NCBI GenBank assembly: GCA_963827655.1
Contig: CAWHCF010000002.1
Coordinates: 1 to 64,000 of the forward strand
Length of the DNA stretch: 64,000 nucleotides
Reading direction: 5' to 3'
DNA from: an uncultured Acidobacteriota bacterium
Lineage (GTDB): Bacteria > Acidobacteriota > UBA6911
Numbering within the stretch: position 1 is the stretch's first letter; each line of letters starts with the position of its first letter. The position numbers and the translations under genes were made by a program. This document shows, piece by piece, positions 30,288-41,880 of this stretch. The notes beneath the pieces were generated by a model, which had not been told where the DNA came from, ran no database searches, and saw only the letters and a program-made list of their open reading frames with translations.

Positions 30288-31040
30288 ATGGAAACCAATC
30301 CAGCAAAGCCAGTCGCGATCGTAACCGGCGCCGCGCAGGGAATCGGCCGCGCGACGGCCTGGGAAATGGCGCGCCAGGGCTGGGCCGTGGCTATTGCGGA
30401 TCTCGACTTCTCCCTGGCGGAGAGCGTCGCGGCCGAACTGCGGGCCGGCGCCTATCCTGTTCATGCGTTCGCAGTCGACGTATCCCGGGGAGAAAGCGTG
30501 GCCCGGATGCTCCAGGAAGTCCTGCAGATCGGCGGTATGATCGAGGTGTTGGTCAACAATGCCGGAATTGCCGGCCGCGCCGCGCCGTTGCTCGAGGTTA
30601 CCGAAGAAGACTGGGACACGATGATGGCGGTCGATCTCAAGAGCATGTATTACTGCTGCCGCGCGGTCTTGCCTCACATGCTCGCGCGAGGACGCGGATC
30701 GATCGTCAATGTCGCATCGATCGCCGGGAAGGAAGGCAATCCCAACATGATTCCATACTCGACGGCCAAGGCCGGGGTCATCGGCTTCACCAAGGCTCTG
30801 GCCAAGGAGGTCGCGCCATCGGGTGTCAGGGTCAACGCGGTCGCTCCTGCGGTGATTGAGACTTCCATCCTCAGCCAGCTGACCCCTGATCAGGTCGCCT
30901 ACATGAAGAGCAAGGTTCCGCTCGGGCGCTTTGGACGTCCCGAGGAAGTGGCCAGTGTTATTGCCTTTCTCGCTTCGGACCAGGCGAGCTTCGTCACCGG
31001 CCAATGCTACGACTGTAGCGGCGGCCGCGCCAGTTATTAG
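30288..31040 (+). CDS. Short-chain dehydrogenase/reductase
   Basis: Motifs TGAAQGIG, NNAG and YSTAK. Confidence 0.93.
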   Translation: METNPAKPVAIVTGAAQGIGRATAWEMARQGWAVAIADLDFSLAESVAAELRAGAYPVHAFAVDVSRGESVARMLQEVLQIGGMIEVLVNNAGIAGRAAPLLEVTEEDWDTMMAVDLKSMYYCCRAVLPHMLARGRGSIVNVASIAGKEGNPNMIPYSTAKAGVIGFTKALAKEVAPSGVRVNAVAPAVIETSILSQLTPDQVAYMKSKVPLGRFGRPEEVASVIAFLASDQASFVTGQCYDCSGGRASY

Positions 31041-31087
31041 GTTAAGCGGCGGAACAAATACCACTAAGACGAAGACACGAAGAAACA

Positions 31088-33025
31088 CTAAGAAGCTTGC
31101 ATTGCGGCCAGCTCCGACTGCAGCTTCTCCCACTTCTGCATGAAGTCGAGCAGTTCCTCTTGAAGCCGGTCGTGTTCTTCCATCGTGGTACGGAACAGCG
31201 CGTAATCACGGTACAGCTCTTCGGAGGCCAGCATCTGCGCCAGCACGGCGACCCGTGTTTCGTGCGTATGGATAGCCGCCTCGAGTTCTTCGATTTTTCC
31301 GGAGAGCGCCTGAAGCTTGTACGGGTTCACTCTTCTTCGGGATCGTTCTCGCTTCGCGGCGCCTTGCTCCGATCCGCCGGCAGCAGCAGGAACTTCCCCG
31401 GCGCGCTTGCTCTGCTCCGAATCGGTCTCTTTCTTGGCGAGATAATCCTCGTAATTTCCAAGATACGGGGTCGCGGTCTCGCCGCCTATTTCGAGTACCC
31501 TGGTGGCCAGGCCATCCAGGAAGTAGCGGTCATGACTGACGAACACCAATGTCCCGCCGTATTCGCGCAGCGCGTCCATCAGAATATCCTTGGATCTGAT
31601 GTCGAGATGGTTCGTCGGTTCATCCAGAAGGAGGCAATTTGCGGGCGAGAGCAGGAGCTTACAGAGCACCAGCCGGCTACGCTCGCCTCCACTGAGAACC
31701 GAGATCGGCTTCTCGATGGTATCGCCTGAAAAGAGGAAGCACCCCAGCAGAGTACGAAGCTGCGGCACAATATGGCTGGGAGCTACGGAAAAAACCTCTT
31801 CCCATACCGTTCGGGTGGAAGTGAGAAGGTCGTCCTGGTCCTGGGAGAAGTAGGAGACCACGACGTTATGCCCTTCCTTTCGCTCACCTTTCATCAGCGG
31901 CAATCGTCCCGCCAGCATCTTCATCAAGGTGGATTTCCCCGCTCCGTTAGGTCCAACCAGGGCCACTCGCTCACCCTTTTCAAGAATCAGGAACAGGTCT
32001 CGAAATATCGGCGCCTCGCCGTAGCCCGCGGTGACGTTCGCCAGTTCGAGAACGACCCTTCCGGTCCTGGGTCCTTCCGGGAATCGCAATCGTATCGGCT
32101 TGGAGTCGGGTGGCAGCTCAATACGCTCCATTCGTTCCAGCTCCTTCAGTCGGCTCTGCACCTGTGCGGCCTTGGTGGCCTTGTAGCGAAACCGGTCGGC
32201 GAAGGCTTTGATCCGGGCAATCTCTTTCTGTTGGGCTTCATACTCCGCCACGAGCTGCGCCATACGTTCGTCGCGCTGGCGCAGAAAGTCGTTATAGTTT
32301 CCTTTATAGAAATGGACCGCCCGGTTGCGAATCTCCAGGACGCGGTGGACCGTGGCATCGAGGAAGTATCGGTCATGTGAAACCAGGACCAGCGCAAAAG
32401 GATAATTTTGCAAATACTCTTCCAGCCAGTTGCGCGCTTCGAGGTCCAGGTGGTTGGTAGGCTCGTCGAGCAGCAAGAGGCTGGGCTGCTGCAGCAAGAG
32501 CTTGGCCAGCGCTATCCGCATTTGCCAGCCGCCGCTGAAGTCTTCACATGGCCGGCTCCAGTCCGTTTGAGTAAAGCCGAGACCGAGGAGGACCGAGCCG
32601 GTCCTGGCCTCGAGCGCATACCCGCCGTGAAGTCTGAACTGCTGAGAAACGGCGGAATACCGTTCCAGTTTCTTCTCGTAGTCGGCGCCCGAATGGGGCA
32701 TCTCCGCCAGTTCGTGCTCCAGCGCGCGACACTCCCGCTCCAGATTCCTGAGGCCTTCGAAGACCGAAAGAGCTTCCTCGAATAACGCGCGACCGTGAAC
32801 GAACAAGCCGTCCTGGGGCAGGAAGCCGAAGGTGAGATCTCGGGCGCCGATGACCTCCCCGTCATCCGGGGGGATCAAGCCGGCCAGCATCTTCATGAGC
32901 GTGGTTTTGCCCGTGCCGTTATCGCCGACCAGTCCGATCCTGTCCCGCACGTTAATTTGAAAATCGAGCGCCCGGAACAGTGCATCGCCGCGAAAGGCTT
33001 TTCCTAGTCCTCTGACTTGAAGCAT
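31088..33025 (-). CDS. ABC-F family ATP-binding protein
   Basis: Two NBDs with LDEPTNHLD, no TM segments, C-terminal coiled coil. Confidence 0.95.
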   Translation of the reverse strand: MLQVRGLGKAFRGDALFRALDFQINVRDRIGLVGDNGTGKTTLMKMLAGLIPPDDGEVIGARDLTFGFLPQDGLFVHGRALFEEALSVFEGLRNLERECRALEHELAEMPHSGADYEKKLERYSAVSQQFRLHGGYALEARTGSVLLGLGFTQTDWSRPCEDFSGGWQMRIALAKLLLQQPSLLLLDEPTNHLDLEARNWLEEYLQNYPFALVLVSHDRYFLDATVHRVLEIRNRAVHFYKGNYNDFLRQRDERMAQLVAEYEAQQKEIARIKAFADRFRYKATKAAQVQSRLKELERMERIELPPDSKPIRLRFPEGPRTGRVVLELANVTAGYGEAPIFRDLFLILEKGERVALVGPNGAGKSTLMKMLAGRLPLMKGERKEGHNVVVSYFSQDQDDLLTSTRTVWEEVFSVAPSHIVPQLRTLLGCFLFSGDTIEKPISVLSGGERSRLVLCKLLLSPANCLLLDEPTNHLDIRSKDILMDALREYGGTLVFVSHDRYFLDGLATRVLEIGGETATPYLGNYEDYLAKKETDSEQSKRAGEVPAAAGGSEQGAAKRERSRRRVNPYKLQALSGKIEELEAAIHTHETRVAVLAQMLASEELYRDYALFRTTMEEHDRLQEELLDFMQKWEKLQSELAAMQAS

Positions 33026-33147
33026 ATCGGTTTCAAAAAACCGCTATTTTACCATATGATCTCCGGCGACTTCGCGCTCCGCGAACCCTAAAGGACCAAC
33101 CGCCAAGACCCAAAGACTCGAAGGAACGCGAAGGGGGAAGGAAACTC

Positions 33148-34567
33148 ATGATTTGGCTCCGAGCGCTTGGAGTGATGCTCCTGGCGATACCCGTACTCTG
33201 GGCAAAGCCCGCTGCCTCCGGTTCACCCGTGCCACCCAATATCGTGGTCGTCCTCGTGGACGACCTGCGTTGGGACGACATAGCGATCGCCGGGCATCCT
33301 TTTGTCAAGACACCTCACATCGATCGCCTGGCGCGTGAAGGCGTCCGATTTCGCAATGCCTTCGCCACCACGCCGCTCTGCTCCCCGAGCCGCGCGTCAT
33401 TTCTGACCGGTCTGTACCCGCACGCACACGGCATAACGGATAATACCGACCGCAGCCCGGCCAGCCATCAGTTGAGCACTTTCCCGCGCCAGCTTCAGCG
33501 GGGCGGTTACGAAACCGCTTTCCTTGGCAAATGGCACATGGGCAACGACGATTCACCACGCCCGGGCTTCGATTACTGGGTAAGCATGAAAGGACAGGGC
33601 GAGGCGGTCGATCCCTATTTGAACGAGGCGGGGACGTTCAAGAAAGTGCCGGGTTATGTAACGGACCTGCTGACCGACCGCGTTGTGGCATTCATCGAGC
33701 GCCCTCGAACCAGACCGTTTTCTGGTCTATCTGGCGCACAAGGCACTCCACCCTAACATGGTTCAGCGAGACGATGGCAGCGTGAGCGCCATAGGCGAGG
33801 GAGGATTCATTCCGGCGGAGCGGCATCGTCAACTCTATGCCGGGGCAACCATCCTCCGCAGCCCGAGCGCGCTGTGGGCGCTCGAGGGCAAACCGGCGCT
33901 TCAGCGGCCGATTGCCAATCTGCCGCCGCTTACGCCCGGGACCGGCACGAGTGATAAATCCATCCTCGACCGGCTGCGCATGCTGGCAGCAGTCGATGAA
34001 AGCGTCGGTCGTATCCGCGCGGCGCTCGATCGAATCGGTCAGCTCGACGACACGGCAATCGTGTTCACGAGCGACCATGGATACTTCTACGGCGAGCACG
34101 GGCTCGACGAGGAGCGACGCCTGGCCTACGAGCCCACAATCCGGATACCGCTCATCATCCGGTATCCCAAGCTGGCGCGGGGCGGAAGCACGCCCGATCA
34201 GATGGCGCTCAGTATCGACCTGGCGCCGACTTTGCTCGAGCTTGCCGGCGTCCGGCCGTCCGGTGCAATGCACGGCCGATCCCTGGTCCCCATCCTGAGC
34301 GGGCGCGCCGTAACCTGGCGCACGTCATTCCTGATCGAGTACTTCACCGACACCGTTTTCCCGCGCATCCTGAACATGGGCTACCAGGCTGTGCGGACCG
34401 ACCGGTACAAGTACATCCACTATACGGAGCTGAGCGATATGGACGAACTCTACGACCTCCGCTCAGATCCGCACGAGATGAAGAATGCCATCGGTTCGCC
34501 GGCATCGCAGAGCGTCCTTCGCAGAATGCAGCAAGAGCTATCGATGCTGCGGCGGCAGACAAAGTAG
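33148..34567 (+). CDS. Secreted formylglycine-type sulfatase; frameshift near 33720
   Basis: Motifs DD, CSPSR, GKWH, SDHG and ELYDL. There is one extra T in a T-run. Confidence 0.88.
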
Positions 34568-34683
34568 CGATCCTGCGGGTTCCGGCAGCCCCCGGGTTTG
34601 CGCGTAATGACGAGAAACCGCCAAGACTCGAAGGCACGAGGATTTCCGCTTCGCAGTGGCAAAGTTGAGCTAGAATCGGTCCC

Positions 34684-37600
34684 ATGATTTTCCCACGAAT
34701 CTATCCTTTCCTGGGCTTTTTGGGAGCCTGTTTCCTTATCGCTCTCTCGGCGGAGGCGCCTCCGGCCGCCAGTGGAACTCTGATTCTGGACCAGGTCTGG
34801 ACCGGAAAGCTGAGCGCTGGAGCGGAAGCGCTCTGGAAGACGGCCGCGCTTGATCCGTCCAGGCTTTACACGCTCTCTGTCTCGATCGAGGCGGTTTCGC
34901 TGCGGCCCGACGACAGCATCAGTCTCAGTTTCGAGGGCGCCCAGCTCCAATTGAAGAAGCGCCTGCACGCGGGTGATCCGAGCTATTTCACAACCGTTCG
35001 CCCGCGCGCGTCCGGCCCGGCGGTGCTGCGCCTGGTTCCCTCATTTTCGCAAGGACCCGCGCCGGCGCTGCGATTGGAACTCCGTGGCCTGCAGGCGTCG
35101 CGCGATGAACCTGCCGCGTTCGAAGCCGAGCCTAATGACTCGTGGCAAGAGGCCAATCTCCTCGTGCTCGGCCGCACCGTCTACGGAGGCGCCGACGACA
35201 TCGAGTACCTGAACAATCAGGAGGAATACAAAACCGGATGGGACTGGTTCGCACTCGACTATTCGCTCCCGGAACCGAAGCTTGTGTTCTTCGAGCTCGA
35301 CCTCCCGGATCGCGACATTCCGCTGCAACTCCTTTTTTACCGATACAACGAGGCCAGCGCCGGACTCGAGCCTTACACGCGCGGTAAGGACCCGATGGAG
35401 GTCCTGCACGACGGACAGAAGGTACGGTACTCGAAGTTCATTTCCCGCGTCCTGACGCGTGGCCGTTACTATGTCGCCGTGCTTGGCAATCATCCGTTTT
35501 ATCAGCTTCGCACCACGATGTATCCCGTGCCCCCTTACCAGGAACCGGGGCAGGCCGTCGAGACCGCGATGCATTATGCCGCAGCCATTGGCGACGCATG
35601 GTTCGCCCAGGTGCCGCGCCTGGGCTCGCGCTATCGCCGCTCGGTCATGCTGCACGACGAGGCCCAGCGCTGCACGGCCTGCCATCCGACGGTCTTTCCC
35701 CTCGAAAGCAATCTGACTGGTTTCCAGCAGGGTTATCCGATCCGAGCCAAGAGCCAGTTTCAATATCTGATAGATCGCGTCTATAACGCTCCCACTCCTC
35801 TCTATGGCAACCCCGGCGTGAACTGGGTGCGCTTCGTCGGCATCGAGCTGCAGTTTTTCGGCAAACAAGGAGGACTGGTCATCGACTACGAGAACTCGGT
35901 GACCGGGCGCCAGACGCCTCACCTGCGGCGCTTCACCGGATTTCTGCAGGCCGCATGGGATCACCGCGACACTCTTCCCGAGGACGAGAACAACGGCGTC
36001 TCTCCTCTCGACAGCAAGTTCGGTTTTGCCTGGCGCGACTGGCGCGTCCTCGACGAGCAGGCCCGCCGCGCCGGCGATGCGGCGGCGCGGAAGTCCGCCG
36101 ACCACATCGCCCAGATCCTGATGCGTCCCGACGGGCCCGGTCGTATCCAGGGTACGCAGGATCGCCTCCACCGGCTGCATGCGCTCGCCCTGCTTGACCG
36201 CCGAGGGCATGCCGGTGAAATTGAAAAAGAGATTCGCTATTTTCTCGCCCGCCAGAATGCGGACGGCGGCTGGCCGGGCAACGAAGAGAAACCCAGCGGG
36301 GGTGAAAAACCGACTCCGTCGACCGAGTCCTTCGAGTATCTGACGGGCCAGACCATCCACACACTCCTGACAGCGGGAGTCTCCGAATCGGAGCGCGCCC
36401 GGCTCTGGAACGGGCCGCACAGTGGCTTATGACGCGCCAGCAGGAGTTCGGCGGATGGTTTCAGACCGAAACGATCGAGAACTTTGTCACTCCGATGCGC
36501 GAGACCCGCTACGCGATCATGGCGCTGGCCCGCCTTCACCCCGCCCGCAAGCCGAACGGCCGCGGCCTGGGAAATCGCGACGGGAGACCGGCGCGCTTGC
36601 CCCGAACCGGCTCTGTGGTAGAGATCCTCGACGATCTCGACAATCTGTGGGACGTGCCCGAAGAGAACCACGCCCAGTTTGTGGCGCGAATCGCACCGCT
36701 GCTCGCCCATGATAACGGCTTTGTTCGAGCCCTGGCGGCACAGTGCCTGGGGCGGATCGGCAATCGAGGCGGCGGTCGAGAAGCTCGGCCGCGCGCTCGC
36801 AGACCCTGACAAGATGGTCTGGCAGAGTGCCGCCTGGGCTCTGCGCCGGCTGGGAAATCGCGGCCTCGGGCTCAACGCGATCCGCGCCGCCCTTGGATCG
36901 CCGGATCCGAATGTGCGCCGGGGCGCCGCGCGGATTTTCGCTTATCAGTTCTATGGCATGGACGACCGCGCCGACTTGAGAGACGCCTTCTTTTCGCTTC
37001 TGGCAGACGCGGATCTCCTGACGCGCCACCAGGCCGTCAGTACCCTCGCGCAATGGTGGTATCGCACAGACGATCGCAACGCGCGCGCGCGCATCTTTCA
37101 GGCTTTTGTCGATCGCCTGGCCCATTCGGGCGAGCATCCGCTCCAGCGTTCTTATCTTTCCCAGGGCATCTACAATCTGCTCGATGAAAACCTCGGTGCG
37201 CCAGGGACCGGGTACGGCCGCTGGATCTCCTACCTCCGGCCCGAGCGGCAGGCGGCGCTGCGCGCCGAGCGACGCCGGCAGGAGCAGGAGATTCTGCTCA
37301 AGCCGATCCTGCGGGCCCTGGTCGAGGGGCCGGAACCGCAGCGGCTCGGCGTGCTGCTCGGCTTCGACGGAACTCCGTTCTGGCGCGGTTACACCACGGC
37401 GGCCTTTGGCCCCGGGAACGATCGAATTTTTAATTTTGAAAGCGAAAATGATTTCGAAGGATTGGCGCGAAGTTTTCAATCCGTGCTGGCGCGGCGCGAA
37501 TCTCCGGAAGAGCTAGGCTATGGATTGCGGCTGGCCGCCTTTTTCAACATCTTGCGTGGTCCCGAGGTCACTCCTCTTTACCTCGACGCCCTGTCGCATC

Positions 37601-38898
37601 CGTCACCAAGCGGTGCGCGAAGCCGCCGCCGAGATTGCCGACAAGGTGAGACTCGGCGGCGAAAGCGAGACTCTGGGCAAACTAATCGAGGCCGCCGGCA
37701 ATTCCGCTTCGCAACCGGCCGTCTTGAAACTGCTTCGCGCCAACCGATCCCTCCTCGAAAGGAAGGAACTCGCCGATGTGGTCCGCCGCTCCGCCGGTGA
37801 TCCGAAGCTGGGCTCGATCGCCCTTCCGCTCATGGCGGCCCCTGGCTTCAGCGATGCCGAAGCGCTCGCAGCCTTGCTGCAAAGTTGGCCGCGCGCAATT
37901 GCTGAAGATGGCGGCCCGACGGAAGCTTCGAAGCAGATCGACGAGCGCAACACTCTGTTGAGGAGGCAGGTGCTCGAGGCAAGCCGTCGCGGGCAGGCGG
38001 TGGAGCCGCCTCAGGCCTTCCTCGATTGCCTTTCGCTGCTGGAACGGCGTCCCGGTTTACTCAAGAATACGGAGGTGTTGGGCAAGCTCGGCTCCGCCGC
38101 CGTGGTCGACAACGGCAAGGCGCGCCAGCTGGTCTTCGAGCTCCTGTTACGGCATCCGGAGATAGCGGCACATCCCTCGATGATTCCGCTGGTGCGCCCC
38201 GCGCTGCGCGATAGCCGCGCCGAAGTGCGCCGCGCTGCGCTGGGCATCGCAACCAGGAGCCTTGAAGTGCGCCGGCTCCCCGAATTTCCGGACGACCTGC
38301 TGCGTCTCCTGGTGGATCCCGATGCCAAGGTCCGGGCTGCGGCGCTTGAGATCGTGGTTGCGGAAAACTGGGTCCGGCGCGAGCCTCGTCTGGCCGGGCG
38401 GATCAAGGCTCTGGAGCTTGGCGAGCGCGATCCGCGCTGCGCGACAGCGGGCTTCCGAGGCGCTGCGACTGGGCGGACTCGACCCGGCTGCCGTCAAGCC
38501 GACGGCGGATCTCGCGAAGCCCGCTCTCCCGGACTTCGAGCTGTTTCGCCGGACGGTAAATCCGCACCTGTACCGGGAATCGGCGAAGGACCGGCGCGCC
38601 TGCGCTCACTGTCACGCGACGCATCGAATCTTTCGCCTGGTGGAACCGCCGGGCGAAGGCGCAGAACTTGGAGAACAGGCAATCGAAAAGAACTATCACT
38701 CGATTCTGAAAGTCGATCGACGCCTACGAGCCGGAGCGCAGCCTGGTCTTGCGAAAACCGCTCAGTCCGAGCGGCCAGGGGGAAGAAGACGCGTCGTCTC
38801 CGACCGGGCTTACCCACGTCGGTGGAACACGCTGGAGCGGCGTCGACGATCCTGCGTATCAGGCGATCCTCCGCTGGGTTCGTTCCCCCGCCCCCTGA
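34684..38898 (+). CDS. About 1400-aa secreted multidomain protein: CxxCH, QW-motif alpha-barrel, HEAT repeats and C-terminal CxxCH; about 5 frameshifts
   Basis: Signal peptide, EAEPND, CTACH, QNADGGW, QQEFGGW, HEAT repeats, CAHCH and SLVLRKP…THVGG…ILRW. Frame switches near 36403, 36762, 37605, 38435 and 38715. Confidence 0.7.
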
Positions 38899-38950
38899 CC
38901 TGTCACACTCACCACGAAGACGCCAAGACACGAAGGAAAACGAGAACCTT

Positions 38951-39640
38951 ATGCGAAAAGCCGTCGTGCTGGTGAGCGGCGGAGTAGATTCGTCGACGGT
39001 TCTGGCACTGGCAAAACGAGAAGGATTCGAAATCTACGCTTTGTCGTTCGACTACGGCCAGCGGCACCGGCCCGAACTCGAGGCGGCTCGGCGTGTGGCA
39101 CAATCTCTGGGAATCACGCGCCACGCGATCATGCGCTTCGACTTGAGGGCTTTTGGCGGCTCCGCGCTCACCGCGGACATCGACGTGCCCAAGGGCCGCG
39201 ACCTGCAACAGATGGCCGCGGAAATACCGGTGACCTATGTGCCGGCCCGCAACACGATCTTCCTCGGCTTCGCGCTGGGCTGGTGTGAAGTTCTCGGAGC
39301 CCAGGACATTTTTATCGGTGTCAATGCCATTGACTATTCCGGTTATCCCGACTGCAGGCCTCGCTTTCTCGAGGCGTTTGAAAACCTGGCCAATCTGGCC
39401 ACCAAGGCGGGAGTCGAGGGTCGAGCGCAATACCATATCCACGCGCCGCTGGTGAATATGAGCAAGGCGGATATCATCCGGGTTGGGCATGACGCCGGTG
39501 TTGATTTTTCTTTGACCCACAGCTGCTACGATCCCACGCCGGACGGGCTTGCCTGCGGCTCCTGCGACTCCTGTATTCTCCGGCGCCGCGGATTCAAGGA
39601 TGCCGGGCTGCCGGATCCCACTCGCTATGCTACGAGCTAG
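38951..39640 (+). CDS. queC: 7-cyano-7-deazaguanine synthase
   Basis: Motifs SGGVDS, YGQRH, YVPARN, YPDCR and CGSCDSC. Confidence 0.96.
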   Translation: MRKAVVLVSGGVDSSTVLALAKREGFEIYALSFDYGQRHRPELEAARRVAQSLGITRHAIMRFDLRAFGGSALTADIDVPKGRDLQQMAAEIPVTYVPARNTIFLGFALGWCEVLGAQDIFIGVNAIDYSGYPDCRPRFLEAFENLANLATKAGVEGRAQYHIHAPLVNMSKADIIRVGHDAGVDFSLTHSCYDPTPDGLACGSCDSCILRRRGFKDAGLPDPTRYATS

Positions 39641-39750
39641 ACGGTCGAGTCTTCGCGTCTTGGCGGTTGGTAACCACGAAGACTCGAAGACACCAAGAAA
39701 CACGAAGCCTCTCAACGGGAACGTTGGAAAGCACCAGGGAGAATAAAAAG

Positions 39751-41118
39751 ATGCCTAGACTTGGTGGTTGGGCGCTGTGGATCATGATGGCAATTGCGCC
39801 AGCCGGCACGCAGGAGACTGCGGGGACCTCTATCTGGAAGGTCGGGCTGGCGCGGGTCGACATCACACCCGAGCGGCCGGTCTTTATGGCGGGCTACGAT
39901 GCTCGCGACAAGCCATTCGAGTCGATCGAAGCCAGGATACATGCCAAGGCGCTTGTCCTCGAGGACACAACAGGCCGGCGGGCGGCGCTCATCACCGCCG
40001 ACCTGAGCGGTTTCACACCGGCTGTGGTCGAGCCGGTGTGCGCAGCTATCCGCGAACGGATCGGGCTTGAGCGGAAACAGATCCTGCTCAATGCGTCGCA
40101 CAATCACAGCGGGCCGCTTCAGGGTCTCGATCCCAATCCCCGGCGGAATCTCTCGGCCGAAGATGCGCGCAACACCGCGTCATACACCCAGGCGCTACAG
40201 CAGAAGCTGATCCAGGTCGTCGTCGATGCCGCCTCAAAGCTCGAGCCCGCTCGTCTCTCCTGGGGGAGCGGCGTTGCCTTTTTCGTCATGAATCGGCGTG
40301 AATTCACTCCCAACGGGATCATCCTGGGAGTCAATCCCCGCGGCCCTGTAGATCGAAGCCTGCCGGTGCTTCGGATCGAAGGCCTGGACGGACAGCTGCG
40401 CGCGGCAGTCTTCGGGACCGCCTGCCACAACACCACGCTCACAGGGAATAACTACCGGATCTCGGGTGACTATGCGGGATACGCTCAGACCTATGTCGAA
40501 GAGCGATATCGTGGCGTTCAGGCAATGTTCATGGCCGGGTGCGGAGGGGATGCGAACCCTTACCCGCGCGGAACCGTCGAGCTTGCGCGCGAGCACGGGA
40601 CGAATCTTGGCAAGGAAATCTGCCGTGTGCTTGAGACCAAGCTCACTTCGCTGCGCGGGCCGCTCACGGTCGAGTACGAACTGGTCGACCTGCCATTCAA
40701 GGATCCCCCCTCGCGCGAGGAGCTGCGTAAATGGCTCCAGGATGGCCCTGGCTGGCGGGCTGCAGTCGCTCGCGCTCTGCTTGAAACACTCGATCGGGGC
40801 GAGCAACTCCCGCGCCATCAGCGCGCGCCGCTCGCGGTGTGGCAGTTCGGCGAGGATCTGACCCTGGTCGCGATCTCTGGAGAGGTGGTAGTGGACTACG
40901 TGCCGCTGCTTGAGAAGGCCCTCGGGCCACTGAGGCTCTGGATCTCGGGTTACTCGAACGAGGTCTTCGGCTACCTGCCGTCATCGCGCGTGCTGCAGGA
41001 AGGAGGGTACGAAACTCGCGGAGCCAGCGGCAGAGGAATCTTCTCCCCGGCAGCCCAGGACGTCGTAGTGGCCAAGGTGCGCGAGCTTGCGCTTCGGGCA
41101 GGACGGAAGGGTAACTGA
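39751..41118 (+). CDS. Neutral/alkaline ceramidase-N-like secreted hydrolase
   Basis: Motifs VDITP, MAGY, SHNHSGP, ACHNTT and GGYE. Confidence 0.8.
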   Translation: MPRLGGWALWIMMAIAPAGTQETAGTSIWKVGLARVDITPERPVFMAGYDARDKPFESIEARIHAKALVLEDTTGRRAALITADLSGFTPAVVEPVCAAIRERIGLERKQILLNASHNHSGPLQGLDPNPRRNLSAEDARNTASYTQALQQKLIQVVVDAASKLEPARLSWGSGVAFFVMNRREFTPNGIILGVNPRGPVDRSLPVLRIEGLDGQLRAAVFGTACHNTTLTGNNYRISGDYAGYAQTYVEERYRGVQAMFMAGCGGDANPYPRGTVELAREHGTNLGKEICRVLETKLTSLRGPLTVEYELVDLPFKDPPSREELRKWLQDGPGWRAAVARALLETLDRGEQLPRHQRAPLAVWQFGEDLTLVAISGEVVVDYVPLLEKALGPLRLWISGYSNEVFGYLPSSRVLQEGGYETRGASGRGIFSPAAQDVVVAKVRELALRAGRKGN

Positions 41119-41165
41119 CGCGCCCGGGCGGTTACTTCACTTCTTTGCGTCTCAGCGGTCGGGAC

Positions 41166-41747
41166 ATGGGCAACATCAGACAGCCAAACGATGTGAAGCT
41201 CTTCGTCGGGATCCTCACGTCAATCCCGGAACTGGTACCCGAGGTCGAGGCTCGATTGGTCGCGCAGTTTGGCGCGATCGACCTGCGCTCCGGTCCCTTT
41301 CCCTTTGATTCCACCCACTACTACGATTCCGAAATGGGCAACTCGATCCAGCGCTTCTTTCTTGCCTTCACAGACTTGATATCGCCGGCCGCGCTCGCGG
41401 GAATCAAGATTACGACCAATGAAATCGAGAGCTCTTTTGGCAAGACCGTTACCACGCTTCGACGGCCGGTCAATCTGGATCCCGGGTACCTGGAACAAGC
41501 CAAGCTCGTGCTCGCCTCAACCAAGAACTTTTACCACCGAATCCTCCTGGCTGACGGAATCTATGCGGAGGTCACGCTGCATTTTGAAAACGGAGCCTGG
41601 CAAAGCTTCCCCTGGACCTTTCCCGACTTCCGCACCGGCCGGTACAACGACTTCTTCGTGCTGATGCGCGACAAGTATCGCGCGCAGCTCAGGGCGAGCT
41701 GCGCCTTGGCGTCTTCGAGCCGTCGCGGTAAAAGGATGGTAGACTGA
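41166..41747 (+). CDS. DUF4416 family protein
   Basis: Motifs THYY, VNLDPGYL, LASTKN and WTFPD. Confidence 0.85.
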   Translation: MGNIRQPNDVKLFVGILTSIPELVPEVEARLVAQFGAIDLRSGPFPFDSTHYYDSEMGNSIQRFFLAFTDLISPAALAGIKITTNEIESSFGKTVTTLRRPVNLDPGYLEQAKLVLASTKNFYHRILLADGIYAEVTLHFENGAWQSFPWTFPDFRTGRYNDFFVLMRDKYRAQLRASCALASSSRRGKRMVD

Positions 41748-41880
41748 GCAGAAGAAGTTAACTTCGTAACTTCTTCCTTTTTTGCAAGATTCTTGGGGTT
41801 TCTTTTGAGCCTTACAGGCATTGGTTAGACACCTCTAACCACGAAGACACCAAGACACAAAGAAACACCGAGGAATGCCC

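Noticed and set aside
38899-38950. preQ1 riboswitch upstream of queC
   Set aside because: The gap is occupied by a 9-nt-period repeat copy and no preQ1 consensus is visible.
37520-39640. Apparent HEAT-QueC fusion (706-aa ORF)
   Set aside because: This is a frameshift artifact. The HEAT protein changes frame near 38435 and ends at 38898, and queC has its own ATG at 38951 after an intergenic repeat.
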